Origin: a virus
Lineage: Duplodnaviria > Caudoviricetes
DNA length: 57,909 nt
IMG/VR virus record: IMGVR_UViG_3300030430_001633
Coordinates: 1 to 57,909 of that record
Direction: 5' to 3' (one strand)
A program made the translations under genes and the position numbers. A model generated the notes under the pieces. It ran no database searches and was not told where the DNA came from. It worked only from the letters and a program-made list of their open reading frames with translations. Shown here piece by piece: positions 26,628 to 35,114 of this stretch (the first letter of the stretch is position 1; each line of letters starts with the position of its first letter).

Positions 26628-26730
26628 CCACACCTCACATCAACCCCCTGCACCACAAACTCATTCCGTGCTCGAGCCTGTGGTGCAGAGTTATATAAGG
26701 TATAGCTTACAAGCGGAACGAAGACTGCTC

Positions 26731-26907
26731 CTATTTGTTCACTAACTTCGTACTTATGTTACTTAGATAAAACAAAGTTTCCTCTGAGTAATCTTTCAAG
26801 GCTTCACGGATTGCTTCTCTGTGGTCTGAGGTGTTTACAACAAATGTATCCGTAAACTCTACCGGATTAAACAGAGAAACATTTACCTCACAACATACTT
26901 CATTCAT
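26731..26907 (-). CDS. Hypothetical protein
   Basis: GGAGG RBS before MNEV. Confidence 0.5.
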   Translation of the reverse strand: MNEVCCEVNVSLFNPVEFTDTFVVNTSDHREAIREALKDYSEETLFYLSNISTKLVNK

Positions 26908-26990
26908 AAGAACCTCCAAGGTTAGGTGTTGCAGTACGTTAACGCCGGAATACCTGCAACATTTATGCCCTGAACGTTCTTATGATATCA

Positions 26991-27281
26991 TTAGACGTAA
27001 TCACCACTGTGGATTGCTGCCTCAATTTCTTCATCAGTCATCTGATCAAAATCTAAATCTTCTATTCTTTTCGTCGGTCTGCGATATTTCCTTCTATTTA
27101 TTTTCGGCGGCTTGGTTTCTACTACTTTTTTCTTGACGACAGTTTCTTTTTCAGGTTTTAATACTTCTATTGTGTAATATCGGGTTTTACATTTCTTACA
27201 TTCTCGTCGCCTCATGATGGTATCCTCAAAAGGTCGACTATCATAAACTCCGCTTTTACCTCCACACTTGATACAGTTCAT
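26991..27281 (-). CDS. NrdR-like N-terminal Zn-ribbon protein (no ATP cone)
   Basis: MNC.KCG....V.DSR......RRRECKKC..R..T.E. Confidence 0.7.
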   Translation of the reverse strand: MNCIKCGGKSGVYDSRPFEDTIMRRRECKKCKTRYYTIEVLKPEKETVVKKKVVETKPPKINRRKYRRPTKRIEDLDFDQMTDEEIEAAIHSGDYV

Positions 27282-27290
27282 AATCAACTC

Positions 27291-27815
27291 CTATGGTGTT
27301 AAACTATTATGATTCAGCACCGCCTCTACTGGTTTAAATTCTTCATCACCAGAAAACTTTTCGTAAAGATATTCAACTCCAGTTTCCATAATCCTTTTCA
27401 TCTGTGGGTTGCCCCCAGAGTGACGTTTAGTGTAGAGCACGAGCTCTAACATATCTGCCATTTTAAGTCTTCGTTGCTCTTCTAGGGTGAGCACGAACAC
27501 CAAACCTAACTCTTCTAATACTTTTTGTTCTGCTTTTTCAAAGGCTTGTTTTATTTCAGGGTAATCCCACTTAGCAGTGGCAGGTGTATCACCCAAAATT
27601 AATTCTGGTACGTCGTGATACAACGCAGCCATTATTAATTGCTTGCTGCTATCAGGCCATAGTTGATCTATCAAAACACTTACTGCATATGAATGTGCTC
27701 CCACGGTTTGCCTTTCTGATTGCATCGCAACCGTATGATATCGTAATAAAAACTGTGCATCCCAAACAGCGGATATAGTCTTAATTTTTTGTATTGTGTT
27801 GCATTTCTGTGCCAC
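27291..27815 (-). CDS. HD-domain deoxynucleotide hydrolase (YfbR-like)
   Basis: RYH...QTVGAHSY...ALYHD.PE...GD.P...K...KMADMLE. Confidence 0.8.
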   Translation of the reverse strand: MAQKCNTIQKIKTISAVWDAQFLLRYHTVAMQSERQTVGAHSYAVSVLIDQLWPDSSKQLIMAALYHDVPELILGDTPATAKWDYPEIKQAFEKAEQKVLEELGLVFVLTLEEQRRLKMADMLELVLYTKRHSGGNPQMKRIMETGVEYLYEKFSGDEEFKPVEAVLNHNSLTP

Positions 27816-29721
27816 CGTCTTTTACTCCTCTGAGCCAAGGTTTTTCTGCGAATGTTTGTTTAGCCTCTCCCCAGTTAGGGCCGAACTCTGCATCTACAAT
27901 AGAAGGCACCTCTAGCTTTACGCAGTTCTCCATAATTTCAGTAATCTGTTTTGCCTGAGCTTCACTTTCAACAGAGATGTCCAGCTCATCGTGAACTTGA
28001 ATCATGGGTAATATGCCTTCGTCAGCTAGAGCAACCATCGCTGCTTTTGTTTGATCTGCCGCACTGCCCTGTATGAGTTTATTAAGAGCCTTATATGTAA
28101 ACGCCCTTTTGATTCCTGGGCCATGCTCAGCGTAGGCTTCTTGGTAAGTCATAGGCTTCCAGCTTCCGTATTTGTTTGGCTCCCACTTATCAAAGCGGCA
28201 TCTACGGCCTAACAAGGTACGGATTACACCACGGTTATTGGCACGATTAGTGCTGTACTCACTGAGCTCGCGTACAAAGGGGACTTTGTCATGGTAAGTA
28301 GCAAACAAATCCTGAGCATCTTCAAACTCTAGGCCAAGACTCGCCGCCAGTTTTTTACTCCCCATCCCATAAAACAAACCAAGGTTGATATCTTTAGCCT
28401 GTTTGCGTGGCACACCCACAATATCAGCAGCCATCTGATGGAAATCTGTACGGGGGTCGGTATTATATTGTTCAGCAAAGTCTGAAGCCCCTCTGAAGCC
28501 CATCAGTTTGGCATAATGCACAACTATGCGCGGTTCTTGGCTGGAGTAGTCGAACGCGCCCCACTGACAGTCTTGTTCGGGTATGAATAAGCTACGGATC
28601 ATTGGCCCTATTTCGCCATGCCGTGCTGGGATTTGTTGAAGATTCGGGTTGCTGTAGCTGAATCTACCTGTAACGGTGCCGCCATCATCACTGCGGAGTG
28701 GGTGCAGTTCAGCGTGTATCCTACCATCTACCTGATGTTTGAGTATAGTATCTACAAATGTTGATCTAGCCTTTTGGTACTCTCGGGCCTGAACTATCAT
28801 TTGTGGTACTTCATGTGGGTGGTGGCTCAAGAAACCTTTAGTAAAGCTCGGTGCGCCCGTCTTTTCTGTTTTATTGTACGGTAAGTCTAAGGCATCAAAT
28901 GCTTTAGCAACACTTTCAGCCGCCCATATCTCTACTTCTACACCTGTTTGTCGTTTTACATGGCCGAGAAGTTTCTGTTCTTTTGCAAGCAACTCTTCTT
29001 TGATGCGCTCACATTTATCTAAATCTACTCTTACGCCGCGTTCTCGCATGGGGATTATTGTTTTAAGAACATTGAGTTCAAGGTTAAAGATATCTTGTAT
29101 ATCTTCTTTTATTATTAAAGTCTTAAAATGCTGCCATAGTCTCAATGTCAGGGCGGCATCTTGCTCTGCATATTTACCCACATGATGTGCGGGTAACCGA
29201 TACATCTCACTCTTGGCATTTACACCAAATGCGTCTGCGGCTTCTCGCAACTCAGCTTCGCTTTTACGCTCTTGTAAGTAATCCCGCCCGATAGCGTTTA
29301 GGGCATAGCTGAACCTGTTTTCGTCGAGCAAAGGTGCCACGACCATTGTGTCAATGATTCTGCCGTAGGTCCGCAGACGGGGCCAAACATTCTCTGCGAG
29401 CAACCAGCCAACATCATAAGGAGCGTTATGGAAAATATAATCTCTATCTTTTTGAACAACATCGCGCAACCAACCTAAAGTTTTCTTAACATCAAAGTTA
29501 GGGCCGATCTCGTGACGAATGGGGAAGTACCATTGGTCACCTTCAACAGCCACCGCAATGCCGATAATGTGGCCGTCTCTCCTAGCCCAACCACTACCCA
29601 TAGTGATTAGATTAGGGTCGCGTGTTTCTAAGTCAATAGCAACCTCTTTCGCCCCTGATATATCGGGGTAGCCATCAGGCATGACCCACTCAGTCGGCGG
29701 TTGAAATAGGGGGTACTGCAT
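27781..29721 (-). CDS. polA: DNA polymerase family A with 3'-5' exonuclease
   Basis: IDLET, HNAPYD, YAEQDA, TGRFS..PNLQQIP, DYSSQEPR, KDINLGLFYG, QVHDEL. Confidence 0.95.
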   Translation of the reverse strand: MQYPLFQPPTEWVMPDGYPDISGAKEVAIDLETRDPNLITMGSGWARRDGHIIGIAVAVEGDQWYFPIRHEIGPNFDVKKTLGWLRDVVQKDRDYIFHNAPYDVGWLLAENVWPRLRTYGRIIDTMVVAPLLDENRFSYALNAIGRDYLQERKSEAELREAADAFGVNAKSEMYRLPAHHVGKYAEQDAALTLRLWQHFKTLIIKEDIQDIFNLELNVLKTIIPMRERGVRVDLDKCERIKEELLAKEQKLLGHVKRQTGVEVEIWAAESVAKAFDALDLPYNKTEKTGAPSFTKGFLSHHPHEVPQMIVQAREYQKARSTFVDTILKHQVDGRIHAELHPLRSDDGGTVTGRFSYSNPNLQQIPARHGEIGPMIRSLFIPEQDCQWGAFDYSSQEPRIVVHYAKLMGFRGASDFAEQYNTDPRTDFHQMAADIVGVPRKQAKDINLGLFYGMGSKKLAASLGLEFEDAQDLFATYHDKVPFVRELSEYSTNRANNRGVIRTLLGRRCRFDKWEPNKYGSWKPMTYQEAYAEHGPGIKRAFTYKALNKLIQGSAADQTKAAMVALADEGILPMIQVHDELDISVESEAQAKQITEIMENCVKLEVPSIVDAEFGPNWGEAKQTFAEKPWLRGVKDGGTEMQHNTKN

Positions 29722-29866
29722 TGCCTTTTACTTTCATCGGTTGCTTACATCTGGCACAAACGGGCCACCTGTTTTTTAAATTACGAAAAGTGACTGTGCG
29801 TGTTGCACCACACTCGCAGGATGCTTCTACTTGTTTATCTAAGTTACTTTCTTTTTCCTGACTCAT
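29690..29866 (-). CDS. Small Zn-ribbon protein (58 aa; not in ORF track)
   Basis: Manual translation MSQEKESNLDKQVEASCECGATRTVTFRNLKNRWPVCARCKQPMKVKGNAVPPISTAD; fills the gap between neighbours. Confidence 0.55.
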   Translation of the reverse strand: MSQEKESNLDKQVEASCECGATRTVTFRNLKNRWPVCARCKQPMKVKGNAVPPISTAD

Positions 29867-30200
29867 TCTTTACCCTCAGCGACATCTCAGCTTCTACGAG
29901 GAAAAGATACCTGCGTAAATCCCGTATGTCGTCTAGTATACCTTCTTCACGGGTATCTTTAGATATAGCAGCAAACACATCGTAATGGTGTTCGTTTACT
30001 TGCTTTTCTAGCCTGTCCCACTTACGCGCCAGCATCATAAACGCACCCACACCGCCGCGCTGTTTCCAGCTATCGCCGTAAGATTGCTCAGCTTCTTGGA
30101 GCTTTACTGTATCCAAACTAGCAAGAACATCTACTTGCCGGATAATTTCACTGGGTTGGTCTTTCATTTTATCTTTCATGTATTGCTCGTGCCTTTTCAC
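29844..30200 (-). CDS. MazG-like all-alpha nucleotide-modification-associated protein
   Basis: K......YGDSW..RG..G......RKWDRL, D...DL..YL.L; next to the TS homologue. Confidence 0.6.
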   Translation of the reverse strand: MKRHEQYMKDKMKDQPSEIIRQVDVLASLDTVKLQEAEQSYGDSWKQRGGVGAFMMLARKWDRLEKQVNEHHYDVFAAISKDTREEGILDDIRDLRRYLFLVEAEMSLRVKNESGKRK

Positions 30201-31174
30201 CTCAATCTCCTATCTAGCCATTCCATACAAGCCTTACGCCATGCACGGTCACCTATAGAATGAGCATGGTAATATGCGCTTGTATAATTTTTTGCTTTCC
30301 AGCAACGCCAAGATAATCTCATCTGGGCGCAGGTATCACCTAAGTAAGTGTTCTCATATTCCAGCCTATCTATATCTTCAAACCATTCTAGTAATTCTTT
30401 GTCAAAGGTAGAAGGCTCATCAATCAAAGCAGGTGGCGTATATTTCAAGCCGTCTTCACTCAAAGTAAGGTAAGGCTCATATTGCGGCTGCATACCGTCT
30501 AGTTTTTTAAGCACATCTACATATGCGTGTAGATTATTACTGAACTGATAATAGTTACCTATGCCGTATCCAAGCATCCCTGCCATGTATTCTAACAAGA
30601 CAGACATATGCACAGCATTTGCACCAAACGCTCCCCAGATCATATCGTTACTGCGATTGCACACAGTCATATGCAAATCTTCATCGCGCTCCCAAAACAT
30701 AATCTGCGTATTACAGGGATAATCTTTACCATCGTTAGTTTCAACTAAGTCTTGGCGTGGATCCCACATACCAACCACAACTCTGCGATCATTAGGATAA
30801 GTGCTCAACCTAAACAATGCTTTTTGTAACTGATCTTTGCCGAACCAGTTACGCCACCTATATCCATATGCACCGTGAAAAGTCACCCCATCATCGCTGT
30901 AGGTGTTCATCCTGCCGTTAAACTGGCTAATCCAATCCACATCGTTACGCCCTGCCAACATCCACAAGCTCTCCATCAAGTGGAAATACGGGTTAGCATC
31001 GCGCTCATGGTAAAACAGCACTCGCTCACGGCTGTGGGTGTAAGTAGTTGTCACAGGTGTAGGGAACTCTAAGGCAGCACCGTTACGAGTTTGCACCTCT
31101 ACACCACTGCTTTCAATACCTTGCTTGGCTAGATAAAGGGCCTCACTTACCCCACGAGCATTAATTGATTGCAT
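30197..31174 (-). CDS. Thymidylate synthase homologue, probable dUMP hydroxymethylase
   Basis: NPYFHLMESLWMLAGRND, GAYG.R, D.PC (catalytic Cys), RSND..WG..GAN (Asn favours dUMP), NLHAY. Confidence 0.8.
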   Translation of the reverse strand: MQSINARGVSEALYLAKQGIESSGVEVQTRNGAALEFPTPVTTTYTHSRERVLFYHERDANPYFHLMESLWMLAGRNDVDWISQFNGRMNTYSDDGVTFHGAYGYRWRNWFGKDQLQKALFRLSTYPNDRRVVVGMWDPRQDLVETNDGKDYPCNTQIMFWERDEDLHMTVCNRSNDMIWGAFGANAVHMSVLLEYMAGMLGYGIGNYYQFSNNLHAYVDVLKKLDGMQPQYEPYLTLSEDGLKYTPPALIDEPSTFDKELLEWFEDIDRLEYENTYLGDTCAQMRLSWRCWKAKNYTSAYYHAHSIGDRAWRKACMEWLDRRLR

Positions 31175-31232
31175 ATAACGCCTCCTCGACGTGCTAAAAG
31201 GTTATGGGCGGGGGTAAGGTACCCTAGCACCC

Positions 31233-32507
31233 CTAAGATGCTCGAGCGGGGTCTGCAGACCTAATGCCGAAAAACTCGAGGTTCTTGTGGCACCTTTGCA
31301 TAGCCAATGTGTCAGGAGTACCTACGCTTAATCCATTCGTATCCATTACTAAGTCAACATACTCTTGTGCTACATTCCGCATATCAAAACGCTTTAGGAG
31401 TTCTAGGTTGTTTTCCTTTATCCTGAGCCACTGGTTCTTATCATGTATGGCTTTATCAATAATATCAGCAAACAGGAAAGGCTGAGCTTCAGCAGGTATT
31501 TGGATGAAGTTTTGCCCTGCCTTAAATATCTCACTGTTTTTCATGCCCCAATCTGTAGCGACAGGTACCGCACCACAGATGATTGCTTCTACAGTAGTCC
31601 GGTTAAAATGTGCGCCGAACTTAGAATACTTTTTACTGTAACTCGGGTCAATCTGTAGCTTGACTGTTTTTAGTATCTCAAACACTTTGTCATTAGTTAC
31701 CGTACCTAAATGCTCCATACCAAAACGCTTGGCTCTGTCCCATATGCGGTCGCCAGTTTCATCAAAGTATTTTGGTTTGCACTTATCTGGGCTAGTCATG
31801 TAGCGGTACTCAATGCCTTCTCCACCAATGAGCTTGCGCTCACTGTTGGTCATATATCTTATGGCACGAACTAATGTGTCTACACGCTTCCAAGCCTTAA
31901 ATACTTGGATAGCTGCAAACCCATCACGTTTTTCAAAGTCAGTCCAACCATCGGCACCGCTTATATCAAAAGGGTTAACAATCAACTTGCGCGGTATGGG
32001 CAGCATGTCGCCAGAGTGCATGGCAGATTCATGAACGCAGACTGCCGCATGAAAGTTGTGCTTTTGGTAGATCAAATGCGGGTAAAGCTCAGGCAGGTTA
32101 CCATCATGAATGATGGCTATGTTTTTACTGCCGTGGTCGTACAAATCTAGCCAATCTTGGACATCCTTATTTTCCTTATTCAAGGTTGGCACAGGGATGT
32201 GCCACAGCACGGCGTCATACTTGCTGCACTTCTGCTTAAACATATCCCTTTGGTATTTTGATTTGTACGGAACTTTAGGCATTCCTACCCAACCCCTAGC
32301 TTGATGGTGGGGGTATCCGGTGCCTACCTTACGGTATTGATCAAAGTTTTTAGGAGGTGTAAACCTACCGATTATTTTTTCTTTAGGCACGAGCATGGTA
32401 AAGTCAACCTCGTGGCCTAATTCTTTTAAACCTTTTGCAAGATACTCTGCGTGGTTAATTATCCCACCATAATCCTGTATCTGATACATTGTCATAAGAA
32501 ACTTCAT
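31233..32507 (-). CDS. GT-B fold glycosyltransferase
   Basis: GGIINH...LAKGLKELGHEV, IIHD, WKRVD.LVRA, DPS...FN.T.VEAI..G.VPV.TD. Confidence 0.8.
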   Translation of the reverse strand: MKFLMTMYQIQDYGGIINHAEYLAKGLKELGHEVDFTMLVPKEKIIGRFTPPKNFDQYRKVGTGYPHHQARGWVGMPKVPYKSKYQRDMFKQKCSKYDAVLWHIPVPTLNKENKDVQDWLDLYDHGSKNIAIIHDGNLPELYPHLIYQKHNFHAAVCVHESAMHSGDMLPIPRKLIVNPFDISGADGWTDFEKRDGFAAIQVFKAWKRVDTLVRAIRYMTNSERKLIGGEGIEYRYMTSPDKCKPKYFDETGDRIWDRAKRFGMEHLGTVTNDKVFEILKTVKLQIDPSYSKKYSKFGAHFNRTTVEAIICGAVPVATDWGMKNSEIFKAGQNFIQIPAEAQPFLFADIIDKAIHDKNQWLRIKENNLELLKRFDMRNVAQEYVDLVMDTNGLSVGTPDTLAMQRCHKNLEFFGIRSADPARAS

Positions 32508-33400
32508 TCTACGGCTCCTTGTGGTACTTCATTAAATAAGTCTGGCTTGTAGACGCTACGCGGTCGCCCTTGGCCTAACCTTACACGTTCGTACTTGTCC
32601 CATTCGCATAAGCTATGTTCAATAGTACGCATATCCACTTGATCAAGTGGCACATGGGGCATGATGTAAAACGGGGCCGTTGATAACAACTTACGCATGA
32701 AGTCATTTGCCACAGCTTGCGTCATACCTTTTTTAAGAGGGTTACCTAATATTCGGTTTAGTCCTCGTATAGCTCCCGGCCCAGCGTTCGCCCAGCTATT
32801 ACGGTCTTTTGCCGATGATAGTACAGGCGTGTAATTGAGGTCCGTAACGACCTCGTATGACATAAAACCTCCCCCTCCCCATCCCCGATAGGCACCCATC
32901 GCCTCATGTAAGGCTTGGAGCGACTGCGTGGTTTGGGCAATCTGCGCCAACGCTTCTTTGTTTTCCCAGATAGGGGCAAGAAAATGGTCAACCACTACCT
33001 CTGACTTTGGTAACTTGAGTCCTTGGTTAGTGATTATATATGCACCAGTAAACGTCCGTAAGCCCTGTTCAATGCGAGAGTTTATCAGGTCTTTAGTAAA
33101 TGTCGGGTTAAACTCTTGCGACCAGCCGTGTTGCTCGGCAAACTCACTGGTGCCAATCATACGAAACAAACAACAATTAAATATAATCTCACCGTGGGGA
33201 CGGTTGTGGTTAGGGTCTGTCCAGTTTTCCCGCATCCACACAGTAACCCTATCGTTCTCACGGAACGGGTTTGTAAATTTAAACTCTTGTAAGATGGGGT
33301 CATCTGTCCATGGAGCAGAAGCACCCGACCTCCTGCGTAGGTAGATCGAGTGCCTCTCATTAATCCACCCGAAGTAACTTTCTATAGCTTCGGTGAGCAT
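32504..33400 (-). CDS. 5-hmdU DNA kinase-like protein (aGPT-Pplase1 family)
   Basis: ERH.IY.RR..G...PWTDDPILQ.FKFTN.FRE.DR.T, FTGAY, FM.YE...DL.Y, GPGA.RGL, IEH.LCE.DKY.R. Confidence 0.8.
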   Translation of the reverse strand: MLTEAIESYFGWINERHSIYLRRRSGASAPWTDDPILQEFKFTNPFRENDRVTVWMRENWTDPNHNRPHGEIIFNCCLFRMIGTSEFAEQHGWSQEFNPTFTKDLINSRIEQGLRTFTGAYIITNQGLKLPKSEVVVDHFLAPIWENKEALAQIAQTTQSLQALHEAMGAYRGWGGGGFMSYEVVTDLNYTPVLSSAKDRNSWANAGPGAIRGLNRILGNPLKKGMTQAVANDFMRKLLSTAPFYIMPHVPLDQVDMRTIEHSLCEWDKYERVRLGQGRPRSVYKPDLFNEVPQGAVE

Positions 33401-33403
33401 ACG

Positions 33404-33985
33404 TTACTCCTCTAGCTCAATAACACCAGCTTTCAAAGCCAGCTTAATATCTACACCGCATCCTGGAGCAGGTGTCAGTGCGCGAAGTTTAGCCATCGCT
33501 TCACCAACAGTGGCACTCTCCATAATAACTTTCATATTACGGTAACGATTAGTGCCTTCACGGGCGGTGGGTGCATCCATCAGCACCTTAATCTTGGCCT
33601 CGTTATTAAAACGTGGGCGTGTCTGCTTTTTCTTCTCAGTAACTACAGGGGCAGGAGCTTCATTCACTACCTGTGCAACTTCAGACATACTTGTCTCCTC
33701 TTGGGGTTTCCATAGTTTGGCCTTTTTCACTACCACTGTGTGAACATAGTCGGCCGCTTGCTGGTGGGAAACGAATGTAACGTCCCCACATAAACAGGTA
33801 GCTATCTCATATAACTCTTCTAACGAGCAAAAATCAACTAGCTGCCTGTGGGAATCACCATTGTAAATAATGCTATACTCATTTACAGCGTCACACGGCT
33901 TCATAGATTCCAGTGTGTGAAACTTATAAATCGTGTAAGCAGGGCCAGCACTTCCTGGGATACCCTCACAAATAGCATAGAACAT
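33404..33985 (-). CDS. Hypothetical protein, basic C-terminal domain
   Basis: AGAAAGGGAG RBS; first gene of the operon containing the modification genes. Confidence 0.65.
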   Translation of the reverse strand: MFYAICEGIPGSAGPAYTIYKFHTLESMKPCDAVNEYSIIYNGDSHRQLVDFCSLEELYEIATCLCGDVTFVSHQQAADYVHTVVVKKAKLWKPQEETSMSEVAQVVNEAPAPVVTEKKKQTRPRFNNEAKIKVLMDAPTAREGTNRYRNMKVIMESATVGEAMAKLRALTPAPGCGVDIKLALKAGVIELEE

Positions 33986-34003
33986 TTACGTCTCCCTTTC
34001 TAT

Positions 34004-34063
34004 GGAAAATGGCATGGTTCATTCTACTTAATGAACCATGCCACGACAAGAACTACTTTGTCA
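34004..34063 (-). promoter_or_regulatory. Overlapping terminator hairpin and boxed promoter
   Basis: 14-bp perfect inverted repeat 34010-34043 plus TTTT; CGACAA-N8-TTGTCA at 34044-34063; TAGAAT 17 bp downstream. Confidence 0.6.
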
Positions 34064-34064
34064 A

Positions 34065-35093
34065 TTAGGCAGCTTTGGCATACTCCAAAGCCTTTGTCAG
34101 TGCCTTGCGTTTAGTATTGGCACCCTGCCCGAACCAAGCGGAATGCAACGCATTACCCTCAGCTTGCGAACGCTTTTGGTGATCCACCACATACGTTACC
34201 GCATTGAGCGCACCCCACCATGTCCCTTTAGCAGAACTCATGCTGGCTCCTGGACTGGTGTGCAGGGCGTCATTTACAAGTTCGGCCGTGCGCTTGAACT
34301 CATCGCGCAGGGGTGGCAGGTCATCGCTGTTGCCAGCTTTGGCTCGCTCAATCAGCAGTTTTGGTTGGAACAACTCAGCAATGAAGTTATCTACATCAAA
34401 CTCCTTTGCTCGCTTTTTAGCCAAGAACTCAGACTGCTCCTTGAACTGCTGCATTTGCTGACCGCTAATACCCAAAGCCTCTTCAGCAGCCTTGTGTATT
34501 TCCTCATCAAACATTTGCAGGTGCAGCACACGGAAGCGGTTGCCATCCATGTTCATAGCTTGGGTGAGAGTGTTGTTACACACAACACGGATGGGGGTAA
34601 ACATAATAGTCATTGCTTTACCCACTTGGTGACTGTTGTTCAAGAGTAGGTAACCCTTAACCTCATCATCACCACCGAGGCTAAACTTATCGGTGAGCTT
34701 TGCCAGCCCCCAAATATCTTTACCCTCTTTTAAACTACCCGCTGTTTCCATGGTCATCTGACCTGCATCGGTGAACTTTTTAAAGAAGTCCATAACCTCA
34801 GCATTTTGGAACGGGACGTAACCCTCACCGCAATGTGAGAGCACTTTGTTATCGCTGTCGCGTACCAAGAAGTATGCGTCAGGTGCGCGTATAAACCCTG
34901 CTTCACCAGTGGGGTCCACAATGTTCCAGCAATCAGGCTTGTCAACTGTATACGCTGGACGCTTGCTAACATCCCAATCAAGGCCAGCAGCTACCAGCAT
35001 TTCTTGGGGGGACATATTGCCGTCAACAGGTGTTCCTACGCTGTGCCAAGGAACCTCTCCAGCATATGCCATAGTCTCAACCATATGTGCCAT
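34065..35093 (-). CDS. DUF932 / phage-plasmid LGT family protein
   Basis: MAH.VETMAY.GE.PWH..G, AGLDW.V, Y.P.QN, ETAGSL..G, TPIRVVCNNTL, GT.WGA.NAVT. Confidence 0.85.
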   Translation of the reverse strand: MAHMVETMAYAGEVPWHSVGTPVDGNMSPQEMLVAAGLDWDVSKRPAYTVDKPDCWNIVDPTGEAGFIRAPDAYFLVRDSDNKVLSHCGEGYVPFQNAEVMDFFKKFTDAGQMTMETAGSLKEGKDIWGLAKLTDKFSLGGDDEVKGYLLLNNSHQVGKAMTIMFTPIRVVCNNTLTQAMNMDGNRFRVLHLQMFDEEIHKAAEEALGISGQQMQQFKEQSEFLAKKRAKEFDVDNFIAELFQPKLLIERAKAGNSDDLPPLRDEFKRTAELVNDALHTSPGASMSSAKGTWWGALNAVTYVVDHQKRSQAEGNALHSAWFGQGANTKRKALTKALEYAKAA

Positions 35094-35114
35094 AATATTA
35101 CTCCTTTCTATGAG

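Noticed and set aside
27291-27815. DatZ-like dATPase implying a 2-aminoadenine (Z) genome
   Set aside because: No PurZ / adenylosuccinate synthetase homologue seen; context is pyrimidine modification
30197-31174. T4-type dCMP hydroxymethylase with glucosyl-hmC
   Set aside because: The specificity residue after RSND is Asn (GAN), favouring dUMP, and the neighbouring kinase family acts on hmU; not fully excluded without assay
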